DNA of 64,000 bases, taken from Ardenticatenia bacterium. Its GTDB lineage: Bacteria > Chloroflexota > Anaerolineae > Ardenticatenales > Ardenticatenaceae. The notes beneath the pieces were generated by a model. It was not told where the DNA came from, did not search any database, and saw nothing but the letters and a program-made list of their open reading frames with translations. Location of the stretch: NCBI GenBank assembly GCA_030949995.1, contig JAUZRY010000009.1, positions 6,195-70,194 on the forward strand, written 5' to 3'. Of the stretch, positions 1-8,542 are shown piece after piece (the stretch's first letter is position 1; each line of letters opens with the position of its first letter). The position numbers and the translations under genes were made by a program.

Positions 1-255
1 GCGTAATCCAACCCGGCCGTGATGGCGACCTGATGACCAAAGTTGCGCGCAAAGCTGATCACCTTCACGCGGGGGTCCTGGTCGTGGAGTGTCTGCATGA
101 CTTCTAGGGAGCGGTCCTGGCTGCCGTCGTTGACGAAGATGAGCTCGTAGGGCTCCCCAAGTTGCTCCATAACCGCAGTGAGCCGGCTGTAGAGCTCGGG
201 CAAGATGGTCTCTTCGTTGTAGACAGGCACCACAACGGAGTAGATCGGCCGCATC
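1..255 (-). CDS. Glycosyltransferase family 2, N-terminal part (3' end lies outside the window)
   Basis: Minus-strand translation from the ATG (complement of 253-255) reads [84 protein letters not shown]. This is a typical GT2 (DPM1/ArnC-like) N-terminus. A GGAGGTG RBS lies just upstream on the minus strand. The ORF is not in the track because it is open at the window edge. Confidence 0.85.
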
Positions 256-304
256 TCAGGCGTCTCACCTCCTGGTTCGCGAGCGATCGGACTGCGTGGG
301 GAAA

Positions 305-310
305 ATTGTA
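305..310 (-). promoter_or_regulatory. Candidate extended -10 element (TGATACAAT on the minus strand) for the GT2 gene
   Basis: The reverse complement of 302-310 reads TGATACAAT, about 45 nt upstream of the GT2 start. It is an AT-rich hexamer in a GC-rich intergenic region. No convincing -35 element is present. Confidence 0.3.
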
Positions 311-329
311 TCACAACCGCACGCTTTCT

Positions 330-351
330 AAAAAAACCGGGAAAACCCCGG
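330..351 (-). terminator. Intrinsic-terminator-like hairpin on the minus strand
   Basis: The minus strand reads CCGGGG-TTTT-CCCGG followed by T7. It lies between the divergent GT2 and riboswitch promoters and may block antisense read-through. Confidence 0.35.
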
Positions 352-365
352 TGCCGGAGGACGTT

Positions 366-393
366 TTGCCTTTTGGCCGAAGGGCGCTATACT
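366..393 (+). promoter_or_regulatory. Candidate sigma70-type promoter for the riboswitch operon (TTGCCT-16 nt-TATACT)
   Basis: TTGCCT at 366-371 and TATACT at 388-393, directly upstream of the riboswitch aptamer. Confidence 0.45.
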
Positions 394-397
394 TATG

Positions 398-600
398 GCC
401 CAACCGAACAGTCGGACGAGGCCCAGCCGTGGTTCGGGGAAGTCCGGTGAGAGTCCGGCGCTGTCCCGCAACTGTGATGGTGGCGTTGACTGCCTAAGCC
501 AGGTCGCCGGCCACGGTTGTGCTCCGGCACCCCTTCGCGGAAAGGGAGCGGAGCGTTTGCCGCACTGCTGCCTTCCTGTGAGCGCCGGGGAGGCTTTTTC
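398..600 (+). promoter_or_regulatory. Cobalamin (B12) riboswitch with terminator-type expression platform
   Basis: Conserved core GGGGAAGTCCGGTGAGAGTCCGGCGCTGTCCCGCAACTGTGATGG at 435-480. B12-box-like AAGCCAGGTCGCCGGCC at 496-513. Downstream hairpin GCCTTCC(570-576)/GGGAGGC(588-594) followed by T5 at 595-599. The element precedes corrinoid-uptake-type genes. Confidence 0.8.
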
Positions 601-669
601 ATTTGTCCCCGGGGCGGCGATGGGGAAGGCTTTTTGTTTGAGGTCAGCCTGAATAAGGAGGTGATCACG

Positions 670-1749
670 ATGGGACGCAGTGTGCGCTTGGTAGCACTTC
701 TCATGGTGGTGATGGCCTGGTGGGCGCTGCCCGTCTGGGCGCAGGGCGCTGATTTGAGCCGGGCCGTGACGTGGGTGAAGGCCCAACAACAACCTGATGG
801 CGGCTTCAGCGATGGCTTCAGTGAGGGGAGCAACGTGGGCGCCACGGTCGACGCCGTCTTCGCGGCTGTGGCTGTGGGAGAAGATGTGAGCCAATGGGGA
901 TCGCCCTCCCCCCTTGACTTTCTCGCCTCCCAAGCCGGCCGACTGGAACGCACCGGAGAGATCGCCAAGACGATCTTGGTGGCCGTGGCCACAGGTCAGG
1001 ATCCCACGACTTTTGGAGACGTTGACTTGGTTGCCGCCCTGCTGGCCCGCTACGATGAGCGCACCGGCCGGTTCGAGGGTCTGGTGACCGACCACGCTTT
1101 TGCCATGCTGGCCCTCAAAAATGCCGGCCAGCCCGTGCCCTCCGGCGCCGCGGAGGCCCTCAAAGCACTGCAGGCCGATGGTGGCGGCTGGGCCTTTGAC
1201 GGCTCCAGCCAGCCCGACACCAACACCACGGCCTTGGCCATCCAAGCCCTGGTGGCGGCCGGGGAGCCGGCCTCGGGTGAAGCCATGACTCGGGCCCTGG
1301 ACTTCCTGCGCGCCCAGCAGAACGAGGACGGGGGGTTCCCCTACCAGAAACCGAGTGACTTTGGCACCGAGACGGACGCCAACAGCACCGCTTGGGCGAT
1401 CCAGGGACTCGTGGCAGCCGGCCAGTCCCTGGACGATTGGAACGCGCCCCACCAGGCGCTGGCTGCCCTTCAGGCTGAGAGCGGTGCGTTTCAGTGGAAG
1501 GCGATTGTCCCCGGTGACAATTTCCTCGCCACGGCGCAGGCGGTGCCGGCACTGGCCGGCGTGACCTTTGTGGAGGTGCCAACAGTATCGGCAGCCACTC
1601 CGCCCCAGGTGACACCAGCGCCCCAGACGCTGCCCACAACGGGAACCGAGAACACAGCAGCGTGGCCTGTGGCAGTGCTTGTCGGTGTGGGAGCGGTCTT
1701 ACTCCTGGTGGGCCTGGCTGTGAGCCGGCGCGGGCTTGTGGGACGTTGA
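670..1749 (+). CDS. Secreted LPXTG-anchored protein with prenyltransferase/terpene-cyclase-like alpha/alpha-toroid repeats
   Basis: AAGGAGGTG RBS, then the ATG at 670. Signal peptide MGRSVRLVALLMVVMAWWALPVWAQG. Repeats QQQPDGGFSDGF, LQADGGGWAFDG, QQNEDGGFPYQK and LQAESGAFQWK. C-terminal LPTTG followed by a hydrophobic helix and a basic tail (SRRGLVGR). Confidence 0.8.
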   Translation: MGRSVRLVALLMVVMAWWALPVWAQGADLSRAVTWVKAQQQPDGGFSDGFSEGSNVGATVDAVFAAVAVGEDVSQWGSPSPLDFLASQAGRLERTGEIAKTILVAVATGQDPTTFGDVDLVAALLARYDERTGRFEGLVTDHAFAMLALKNAGQPVPSGAAEALKALQADGGGWAFDGSSQPDTNTTALAIQALVAAGEPASGEAMTRALDFLRAQQNEDGGFPYQKPSDFGTETDANSTAWAIQGLVAAGQSLDDWNAPHQALAALQAESGAFQWKAIVPGDNFLATAQAVPALAGVTFVEVPTVSAATPPQVTPAPQTLPTTGTENTAAWPVAVLVGVGAVLLLVGLAVSRRGLVGR

Positions 1750-1762
1750 GGACGGAGGCCTC

Positions 1763-2568
1763 ATGAGGAAATTGCCGGGCCGGTGGCTGTGGGCCGCCGT
1801 ATTTGCACTCGTTCTCGTGCTGGCCCCTCGGGACACCAGGGGGCCAGCAACAGCTCAGGAGCCCAACCGGGCCGGTGTCGTCGTCCAGCACGGTGACGGC
1901 ACCGTGCGTGCGGCCTGTGTGCTTTTCCCGGAGCCCGAGATCAGCGGTGCCGAACTGCTCCGGCGGAGTGGCCTGGACGTGGTGGTGGCCGTAGAGGAGG
2001 GACTCATGGTCTGCTAATAGCGGGCGAGGGCTGTCAGTATCCCGAGGAACCCTGCTTTTGCCGGTGTCAGGGGCAAGGGCCGTGTACCTACTGGTCCTAC
2101 TGGCACCTCGATCCCCAACGGGGAACGTGGGTCTACAGTTCCGTCGGAGCCGGTGCCTACCGGGTGCGCGACGGGGACGTTGACGGATGGCGGTGGGGCA
2201 GCGGCACCCCGAGCCGGGCGGCCGCACCCCCGGTCGTCACCTTCGAGGACGTGTGCGGGGAGGAGAATCCGCCCACGGCCACGGAGGTGCGCCTGCCCAC
2301 GGCCACACCGTCCCCGCGGGGGGGATTACAGGTGATGCCCAGCGTTACTCCCGAGCCCCCGCTGCCGGCCACCACAGGGCCACGCTTCACGCCGACGCCG
2401 GCCCCCACGCCGACGCCCGCCGAGCGTGAACTGGCCACGGGTGCCCGCCCCGGGGGGAACAATGGGCCGAACCTGGTTGACTATCTCCTCTTCGCGGCCA
2501 TCGGCGCGTTTCTTATTGTGGGGGCCTTCGTAACCGCAAGGCGCAGGAGACGGCGGTGGAAGGCGTGA
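1763..2568 (+). CDS. DUF4430-like (transcobalamin beta-domain-like) protein with Pro/Thr linker and C-terminal membrane anchor; apparent frameshift near 2012-2016
   Basis: GGAGG RBS and ATG at 1763. Signal/anchor MRKLPGRWLWAAVFALVLVLA. The protein continues in another frame as LIAGEGCQYPEEPCFCRCQGQGPCTYWSYWHLDPQRGTWVYSSVGAGAYRVRDGDVDGWRWG. It then has a PT-rich stretch, the TM segment LLFAAIGAFLIVGAFV and an RRRRRR tail. It joins ORFs 1736..2017 and 2164..2568. Confidence 0.65.
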
Positions 2569-3602
2569 GATTTCACCCGTTGGCCTGGCTCACGTGGTGG
2601 GGGGGCGGCCACACTGGCCGTGTTGCTGACCCGCAATCCCCTCTACTTGAGCCTGACCCTGCTGGCAGCTCTCTGGGTGCGGGTCGCCTTGGACAGCCGC
2701 CGCTCGCCAGGACCATGGCGTTGGAGCGTTCGGTGGGGATGGCTCTTCCTGCTGTTGGCCGGTCTCTTCAACGGGCTCACTATTCACTACGGCTCCACTG
2801 TGCTCTTCCGGCTGCCCCCTCATGGCCCCTTGTGGGGGGCAACGTGACTCTCGAGGCAGTGACATTCGGGCTTGTCACCGGGCTGAACTTGCTGGTGTTG
2901 TTGCTCCTCTTCGAGGCCTTCGGTGCCGGCGTTGACTACGCGGCCCTGCTGCGCTTCGTGCCCGGCTTTCTCTTCCGTGCGGGCCTGGTGACGAGCATCG
3001 CGCTCACTTTCGTGCCCCAAACCCTGCGCACCTTCCGCGACGTGCGCGAGGCCCAAATGATCCGCGGCCACCGTTTCCACTCATGGCGTGATCTGGCCCC
3101 CCTCATGGTGCCCGTGGTCGTGATCGGCTTGGAGCGCTCCGTCCAGTTGGCCGAAGCCATGGAGAGCCGCGGGTTTGGCGGGCCCACCGGCGCCACTGAT
3201 CGCCTGAAACCCCGACTGGCCCTCCTGCTGGGCATCGCATCCCTGTTGTTAGGGCTGGGGCTGCGCTCGTTGTGGGACCGCCCCTGGCCGGTGGCCGGCT
3301 TGGTGTTGGCTGGCGGTAGCCTGTTGGTTTGGGGGTTCAGGCACATGGGGCGCCGGGTTCGCCGCACGCGGTATCGCCTCTACTCGTGGACGCGGGCCGA
3401 TGTGGTCTTGGCCGTGGCCGGGGGCGTGCTCGCGGGAAGCGTGCTGGCCGCGCGGCTCTGGGCCCCTGAACAGCTCCTCTACTATCCCTACCCTCGGGTG
3501 ATGTGGCCGGTGTTCTCGCCCTGGCTGGGCGTACTCTTCGCCCTGGTGGCCACCCCGGCCCTCCTGGTCCCGCCGGAGGAGGAACACTTGTGTCCCCCCT
3601 GA
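2565..3602 (+). CDS. ecfT: ECF transporter transmembrane (T) component, CbiQ/EcfT family; two apparent frameshifts in G-runs
   Basis: GTG at 2565 overlaps the upstream stop (GTGA). The reading frame switches at G7 (2599-2605) and returns at G6 (2834-2839). The conserved C-terminal part is TFVPQTLRTFRDVREAQMIRGHRF...ERSVQLAEAMESRGFGG. Confidence 0.75.
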   Translation: MRFHPLAWLTWWGGGHTGRVADPQSPLLEPDPAGSSLGAGRLGQPPLARTMALERSVGMALPAVGRSLQRAHYSLRLHCALPAAPSWPLVGGNVTLEAVTFGLVTGLNLLVLLLLFEAFGAGVDYAALLRFVPGFLFRAGLVTSIALTFVPQTLRTFRDVREAQMIRGHRFHSWRDLAPLMVPVVVIGLERSVQLAEAMESRGFGGPTGATDRLKPRLALLLGIASLLLGLGLRSLWDRPWPVAGLVLAGGSLLVWGFRHMGRRVRRTRYRLYSWTRADVVLAVAGGVLAGSVLAARLWAPEQLLYYPYPRVMWPVFSPWLGVLFALVATPALLVPPEEEHLCPP

Positions 3603-5241
3603 TCACCCTGTCCGGCGTCACGTATGCCTATCCCTTGGCTGAGAGGCCGGTCTTCCGGGACCTCTCCCTTCAAATCGAAGAGGGAGAGTTTCTGCTCGTA
3701 GTGGGGGAGAGCGGGAGCGGCAAGAGCACGTTCTTGCGCCTGCTCAACGGCCTCATTCCGCACTTCTACGGCGGGCTCTTTCGCGGCAACGTGATAGTGG
3801 CCGGCCGCAACACGCGAACGCACGGACCACGTGCGCTCAGCGACGTGGTGGGCGTCGTCTTCCAGGACCCTGAAGCCCAGTTCGTGGTGGAGCGGGGTGG
3901 AGGACGATGTGGTCTTCGGCCTTGAAAACGCCGGTGTCCCGCCCGAGGAGATGCGCGCCCGCGTGGAGGAGGTGTTCAATGCCCTGGAGATCGACCACCT
4001 GCGCCGGCGCCCGCTGGCCACCCTCAGCGGGGGGGAGATGCAGCGCGTGGCCATTGCGGGGGCCCTAGTGCTCAGGCCGCGAGCACTCGTTCTGGACGAG
4101 CCCACCTCTCAGCTTGCTCCCCGGGCGGCTGAGGACCTGTTGGCCCTTCTGGTGCGCCTCAACCGGGAGCTGGGCCTCACCATTGTGCTGGCCGAACACC
4201 GGCTGGAACGAGTGGCCCAATACGCTCACCGGGTCCTCTACGTGCCCGGTCGCGGCAAACCGCCGATCCTGGGCCCGCCCCAAGCGGTATTTCGCCATGT
4301 GTCCCTAGCCCCGCCTGTCGTCCGCCTGGGGCGCCGGCTCTCCGTGGTCGCCTCTGCCCCTCTCCGTCGAGGAGGGACGGACCTTTGCCCGTCGCCTCGT
4401 GGTCAACCTTTCACCGGACGTTTCCGGCCGCCCATACGCAAACGGGCAGGAGCCCGTCGTGACCCTTGAGGGCGTGTGGGCCGCTTACGGATCGCACGTG
4501 GCCCTGCAAGATGTCCACTTGGTGGTCAGGCGCGGGGAATTTGTGGCCCTGGTAGGCGACAACGGCGCGGGCAAGAGCACGCTCGCCCGGCTCCTCGTGG
4601 GCCTGGTGCGCCCGAGCCGGGGACGAGTGTTCGTGGAGGGGGATGATCTGCGTGGTCAGTCGGTCAGAGCAGTCTGCCGTCGTGTGGCCTACTTGCCCCA
4701 GAACCCCTCCGCCCTGCTCTTCGCCGACACGGTGCGCGACGAGCTCCTGGTCACCCTGCGCAATCACGGTCTCCGCCCTGAACGCGCTCCCGTGGCCCCG
4801 GACGACCTGCTCAGGCGGCTTGGGCTGGAGGCTGTGGTCGACATGTACCCCAGAGACCTGAGTGTCGGTCAACGAGAGCGCGTGGCCCTCGGGGCTCTGC
4901 TGGTGACACGTCCGCCGGTGCTCGTGCTGGATGAGCCCACCAGAGGCTTGGACTGGCGCCAGAAGGAAGAGTTGGTGGCCATGTTGAAGGCGTGGCAGGC
5001 CGAGGGGACGACCATCCTCTTCGTGACCCACGACGTGGAATTGGTGGCCCTCGCGGCCGACAGGGTGGTTGTACTGGAGGAGGGGCGTGTTGTGGCCGAT
5101 GGCCCGGTGCGCCCCCTTTTGGGCACCTTGCAGCCCTTTGCCCCTCAGATGGCGCGCCTCTTCGGCCACCCGGAACTGCTGACGGTGGAGGATGTGTTGG
5201 CGGCCGTGCGCCCTGCTGACGAGGAGGTGCAGCGGTGGTGA
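3590..5241 (+). CDS. ECF transporter ATPase, fused duplicated EcfA-EcfA' (CbiO-like); two apparent frameshifts
   Basis: First half: Walker A GESGSGKST, signature LSGGEMQRV and Walker B LVLDEPTSQL. Second half: GDNGAGKST, LSVGQRERV and LVLDEPTRGLD. Frame breaks at G4 (3894-3897) and about 4338-4345. It joins ORFs 3503..3925, 3831..4469 and 4399..5241. Confidence 0.8.
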
Positions 5242-6140
5242 ACGTGCCGGGATCTCGCCCGAGTGAATCACGCGGTGCTCAGGTGGTGGGCCATGCCCTG
5301 CTGACATTGGCCGGCGTCGCCGGCTTGGCCGCGTTCTTTTACCCTTTCTTCTGGCCCCAGATCGCTCAAGTGTCCCGCGCCGAGGCGACTCAGGCCCATG
5401 CCGGTGATGCGCCGCTTCTCTTCACCCTGCTGGTGGTGGCGTCCATCACCGTCGTGGTGGCCGAACTGGAGAGCAGTGCTCTGACCACGCGGAGTGTGGC
5501 CTTGTTGGGCGTGCTGGTGGCGTTCAACGCCGCCCTGCGGCTGGCCGAGACGGTCACGTCGTTCTTGAACTTGGGTGGCTTTTCCCCCGTCTTTGTCCTC
5601 ATCATCCTGGGAGGATACGTCTACGGGAGCCGGTTTGGGTTCCTGGTGGGCGCTCTCAGCCTGCTCGTCGGCGGGATGCTCACCGGCGGGGTTGGCCCGT
5701 GGCTGCCCTTCCAGATGGTGGCTGCCGGGTGGGTGGGGCTCACGTCTGGCTGGCTGCCTGTGCTGCTCCGCTTTCGTCCCACGCGGGTCCGCCTCGTCCG
5801 CCGGCGCGAGGTCGTGGCACTGGCCGCCTTCGGGGGCATGTGGGGGTTCTTGTACGGCTTCCTGATGAACCTCTACTTCTGGCCCTTCGTCTCGGGGGAG
5901 GGCATGTACTGGCGGCCTGGCATGGGATGGCAGGAGACGTTCTCGCGGTATGTGCTCTTCTACGCCGTCACGTCCGTCGCTTGGGACTCGGCCCGCGCCG
6001 TGGGCAACGTGCTCCTCATTGGCCTTCTAGGCGAAGCCCTGTTGAAGGCCCTGCGCCGCTTCCAGCTCCGGTTCTTCCCCCTGCCTCACGGGAATTGGGA
6101 CCCTCCTGCGCCGGACGGACGCCGACTGAGTGGAGGATGA
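5235..6140 (+). CDS. Polytopic membrane protein, ECF substrate-capture (S) component-like
   Basis: GAGGAGG RBS, and the start overlaps the ATPase stop. It has multiple hydrophobic helices and is the last transporter gene of the riboswitch operon. At 301 aa it is larger than typical S components. Confidence 0.55.
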   Translation: MVNVPGSRPSESRGAQVVGHALLTLAGVAGLAAFFYPFFWPQIAQVSRAEATQAHAGDAPLLFTLLVVASITVVVAELESSALTTRSVALLGVLVAFNAALRLAETVTSFLNLGGFSPVFVLIILGGYVYGSRFGFLVGALSLLVGGMLTGGVGPWLPFQMVAAGWVGLTSGWLPVLLRFRPTRVRLVRRREVVALAAFGGMWGFLYGFLMNLYFWPFVSGEGMYWRPGMGWQETFSRYVLFYAVTSVAWDSARAVGNVLLIGLLGEALLKALRRFQLRFFPLPHGNWDPPAPDGRRLSGG

Positions 6141-6183
6141 ACTCGGCTTGTCACGCCGCCCAAAATGGAGTATGCTCCCGTTT

Positions 6184-6849
6184 ATGAAAATAGACTTGCA
6201 CCTCCACACCTTCAGATCGCCTGATAGCTTGACCACCTACGAGCAAGTGATCCGTGCCGTCCAACAGCGTGGCTTGGACGCAGTGGCCGTCACCGACCAT
6301 AACACCATTCGGGGCGCCCTGGAACTCCGTGAAATCGCCCCATTCCCGGTCATTGTGGGAGAGGAGATCCGCACGCAAGAGGGCGAAGTCATAGGTTACT
6401 TCCTCGAAGAGGAAATTCCCCCGGGCTTGGGCCTGGATGAAACGATTGACCGCATACGGGAGCAAGGAGGGTTGGTGGCCATCCCGCACCCCGTGGACCG
6501 GGCGCGCAAGGGGTCCGCACTGGGGTTGGAAGCCACGCTGCGCGTGTTGGACCGGGTGGACTTTGTCGAGGGGTGGAACGCCCGTTGCCTCTTCCTGGAG
6601 GACAACGTGCGAGCCCAAGTGTTGGCCCGCCAACACAACAAGCCGATGACAGCCGGCAGCGATGCCCACGGGTGGCGGGAAATCGGCCTGGCGTACGTGC
6701 AGGTGGACACCTTCGACGCTCCCAGAACCTTCTTGGCTCACATGGCCAAGGCAACCATCACGGGACAGTGGACGCCGTTGCACCTTCGCCTGGCGAGCCC
6801 ATGGGCCAGAGTGATGCGCGCTGTGCTCCGGCGGAGGCCGATGGGGTGA
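6184..6849 (+). CDS. PHP-domain metal-dependent phosphoesterase
   Basis: MKIDLHLHTFRSPDS...AVAVTDHNTIRGA...VAIPHPVD, which are the PHP His/Asp motifs. The start is uncertain; alternatives are 6130 and 6172. Confidence 0.75.
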   Translation: MKIDLHLHTFRSPDSLTTYEQVIRAVQQRGLDAVAVTDHNTIRGALELREIAPFPVIVGEEIRTQEGEVIGYFLEEEIPPGLGLDETIDRIREQGGLVAIPHPVDRARKGSALGLEATLRVLDRVDFVEGWNARCLFLEDNVRAQVLARQHNKPMTAGSDAHGWREIGLAYVQVDTFDAPRTFLAHMAKATITGQWTPLHLRLASPWARVMRAVLRRRPMG

Positions 6850-6954
6850 GGGAGCACGCTGGCGTGAAAGGGCGATTGCTTTGATTTCACCTGTCCACGG
6901 TCACAGAGGCAGGTGTTTGATTGGCGGAGCAATTTGGCGAAGGAGGTAAGGACG

Positions 6955-7455
6955 ATGTGGACCATTTGTGGACGCTGGAGAGGATTGCTGTTGGTGGCCC
7001 TCAGTGTGTTTCTTTGGGGAGCGGATGTGCTCCTCGTGGGTGCCGGCATTCGGACGGTCCGTGCCAATTCGGGAGGAGGGCTGGAGATCAGCATCACCGG
7101 CCCGGCGCAGAGCACCACGGGCACAACCGTGAGCTACACCGTCAAGCTCACCGGCACGTTGGCCGACACGAGTTACGTGGCGTACCGGCCGCCGCCGGGG
7201 TTCTCCGTTCAGGAGACAACCCCGAACGGCTCGAAGACTCCCTCCGGGGTGTGGATATGGAATGCCAACCTGTTAGGGCCCGACGCCACAATTACCATCA
7301 CAGGCACTCACAGCGTGGCCTCGGGGTGCGTGGCCGTCCACCAGGTGTGGGTCGATGACACCTACTCCACAGGCGTGGTGCTGGCCGCAGATCAAGCGGG
7401 AACGCAGCTCACCGATGTGCTCTGTGTCTACTTGCCCACGATTATGAAAGAGTAG
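6955..7455 (+). CDS. Small secreted/membrane-anchored hypothetical protein (DUF11-like beta-rich region)
   Basis: AGGAGG RBS 8 nt before the ATG at 6955. N-terminal hydrophobic segment LLLVALSVFLWGADVLLVGAG. The protein ends in CVYLPTIMKE. Confidence 0.6.
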   Translation: MWTICGRWRGLLLVALSVFLWGADVLLVGAGIRTVRANSGGGLEISITGPAQSTTGTTVSYTVKLTGTLADTSYVAYRPPPGFSVQETTPNGSKTPSGVWIWNANLLGPDATITITGTHSVASGCVAVHQVWVDDTYSTGVVLAADQAGTQLTDVLCVYLPTIMKE

Positions 7456-7488
7456 TAGTGCTCGAACGATCCCCGAAAGACCGTTCCC

Positions 7489-8516
7489 ATGGTGCTTCTC
7501 GCCCTGCTTTTGACCATCTTGGCAGCGGCTGTGCCCTCGTTGCTCTACACGAGCATTGCCTGGTGGCTGGACCGATACGAAAAGGAACCCTGGTGGGTTT
7601 TGGTGCTCACCTTCTTCTGGGGCGCGGTGCCGGCCATCGTGTTGGCGTTGGTGGTGGAAGTGGCCTTTGACATCCCCTTGCGCCTCTTCCTCGTCCCCTC
7701 CCAAGCCGAGTTCTTCGCCTCGATCGTCGTGGCACCGGTAGTGGAAGAGCTCTTCAAGGCCGTCCCCCTGGTGCTCATTTTCTGGCTCTACCGCCAGGAG
7801 TTCGACGGCATCATGGACGGCTTGCTCTACGGAGCGCTGGTGGGCTTCGGCTTCGCCATGACCGAGAACATCTTCTACTTTCTGAGCGCGCTGGTCGAGG
7901 AGGGCGTGGGCTCGTTCCTCTTCCTTGTCTTTCTGCGGGCTATCGTGTTCGGCCTGAACCACGCGCTTTTCAGCTCGGCCTTTGGCTTTGGGCTTGGCTT
8001 GGCCCGCTACGCCCGCACAGACCTGGTGCGCTGGGGGGGCGCCTGTGGCCGGGTTGTTGGCCGGCATCGGGCTGCACATGGTCCACAATGCTTTCGTCTC
8101 CTCGGGTTCGATCCTCTTCTTGGTGAGCCTGGTGAGCGATTGGATGGGCGTGCTCCTCTGGCTTGTGCTGGTGTGGGTGGCCGGCCGCCAGGAGGCCCGC
8201 TTAATCCGAGAGGAATTGGCCGATGAAGTCGGGGAGGGCCTTTTGACACCGCAACAGGCCTTGGCGGCCGGACGGTATCGGGAGCGAGTTGCCGTGAGGT
8301 GGGCGGCCCTCCAGGAGCGGGGCTTTGGGTACGCCCACAAGCTTGGCCGGCTCTACGCGCTGGCGGCCGAGCTGGCCTTTTCGCAAGCGCCAGCTTCGCC
8401 TCCAAGGAGATGCTCACGGCGTTGCCGACGAAATTGTGCGCCTGCGCCAGCGCATCCGCCGGCTCCAAGAGGAGCTGAGAAAAGATGCCCGAGAGCCGAG
8501 CGTGAGAGGCGCGTGA
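7489..8516 (+). CDS. PrsW-family intramembrane metalloprotease; two apparent frameshifts
   Basis: AVPSLLYTSIAWWLDRYEKEPW, VVAPVVEELFKA and GALVGFGFAMTENIFY...GLNHALFSS. Frame breaks at G7 (8033-8039) and T4 (8378-8381). It joins ORFs 7489..8226, part of 7982.. and 8325..8516. Confidence 0.75.
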
Positions 8517-8542
8517 GGGGAAGGAAAGGAGGAAATCCAAAC

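Noticed and set aside
328-1452. 374-aa minus-strand ORF, plus the nested ORF 393..992, opposite the LPXTG toroid gene and the riboswitch
   Set aside because: It is antisense to a gene with clear signal peptide, repeat and LPXTG features. Its translation is Gly/Arg/Pro-rich low-complexity sequence of the kind produced by high-GC antisense frames. It would also run through the riboswitch.
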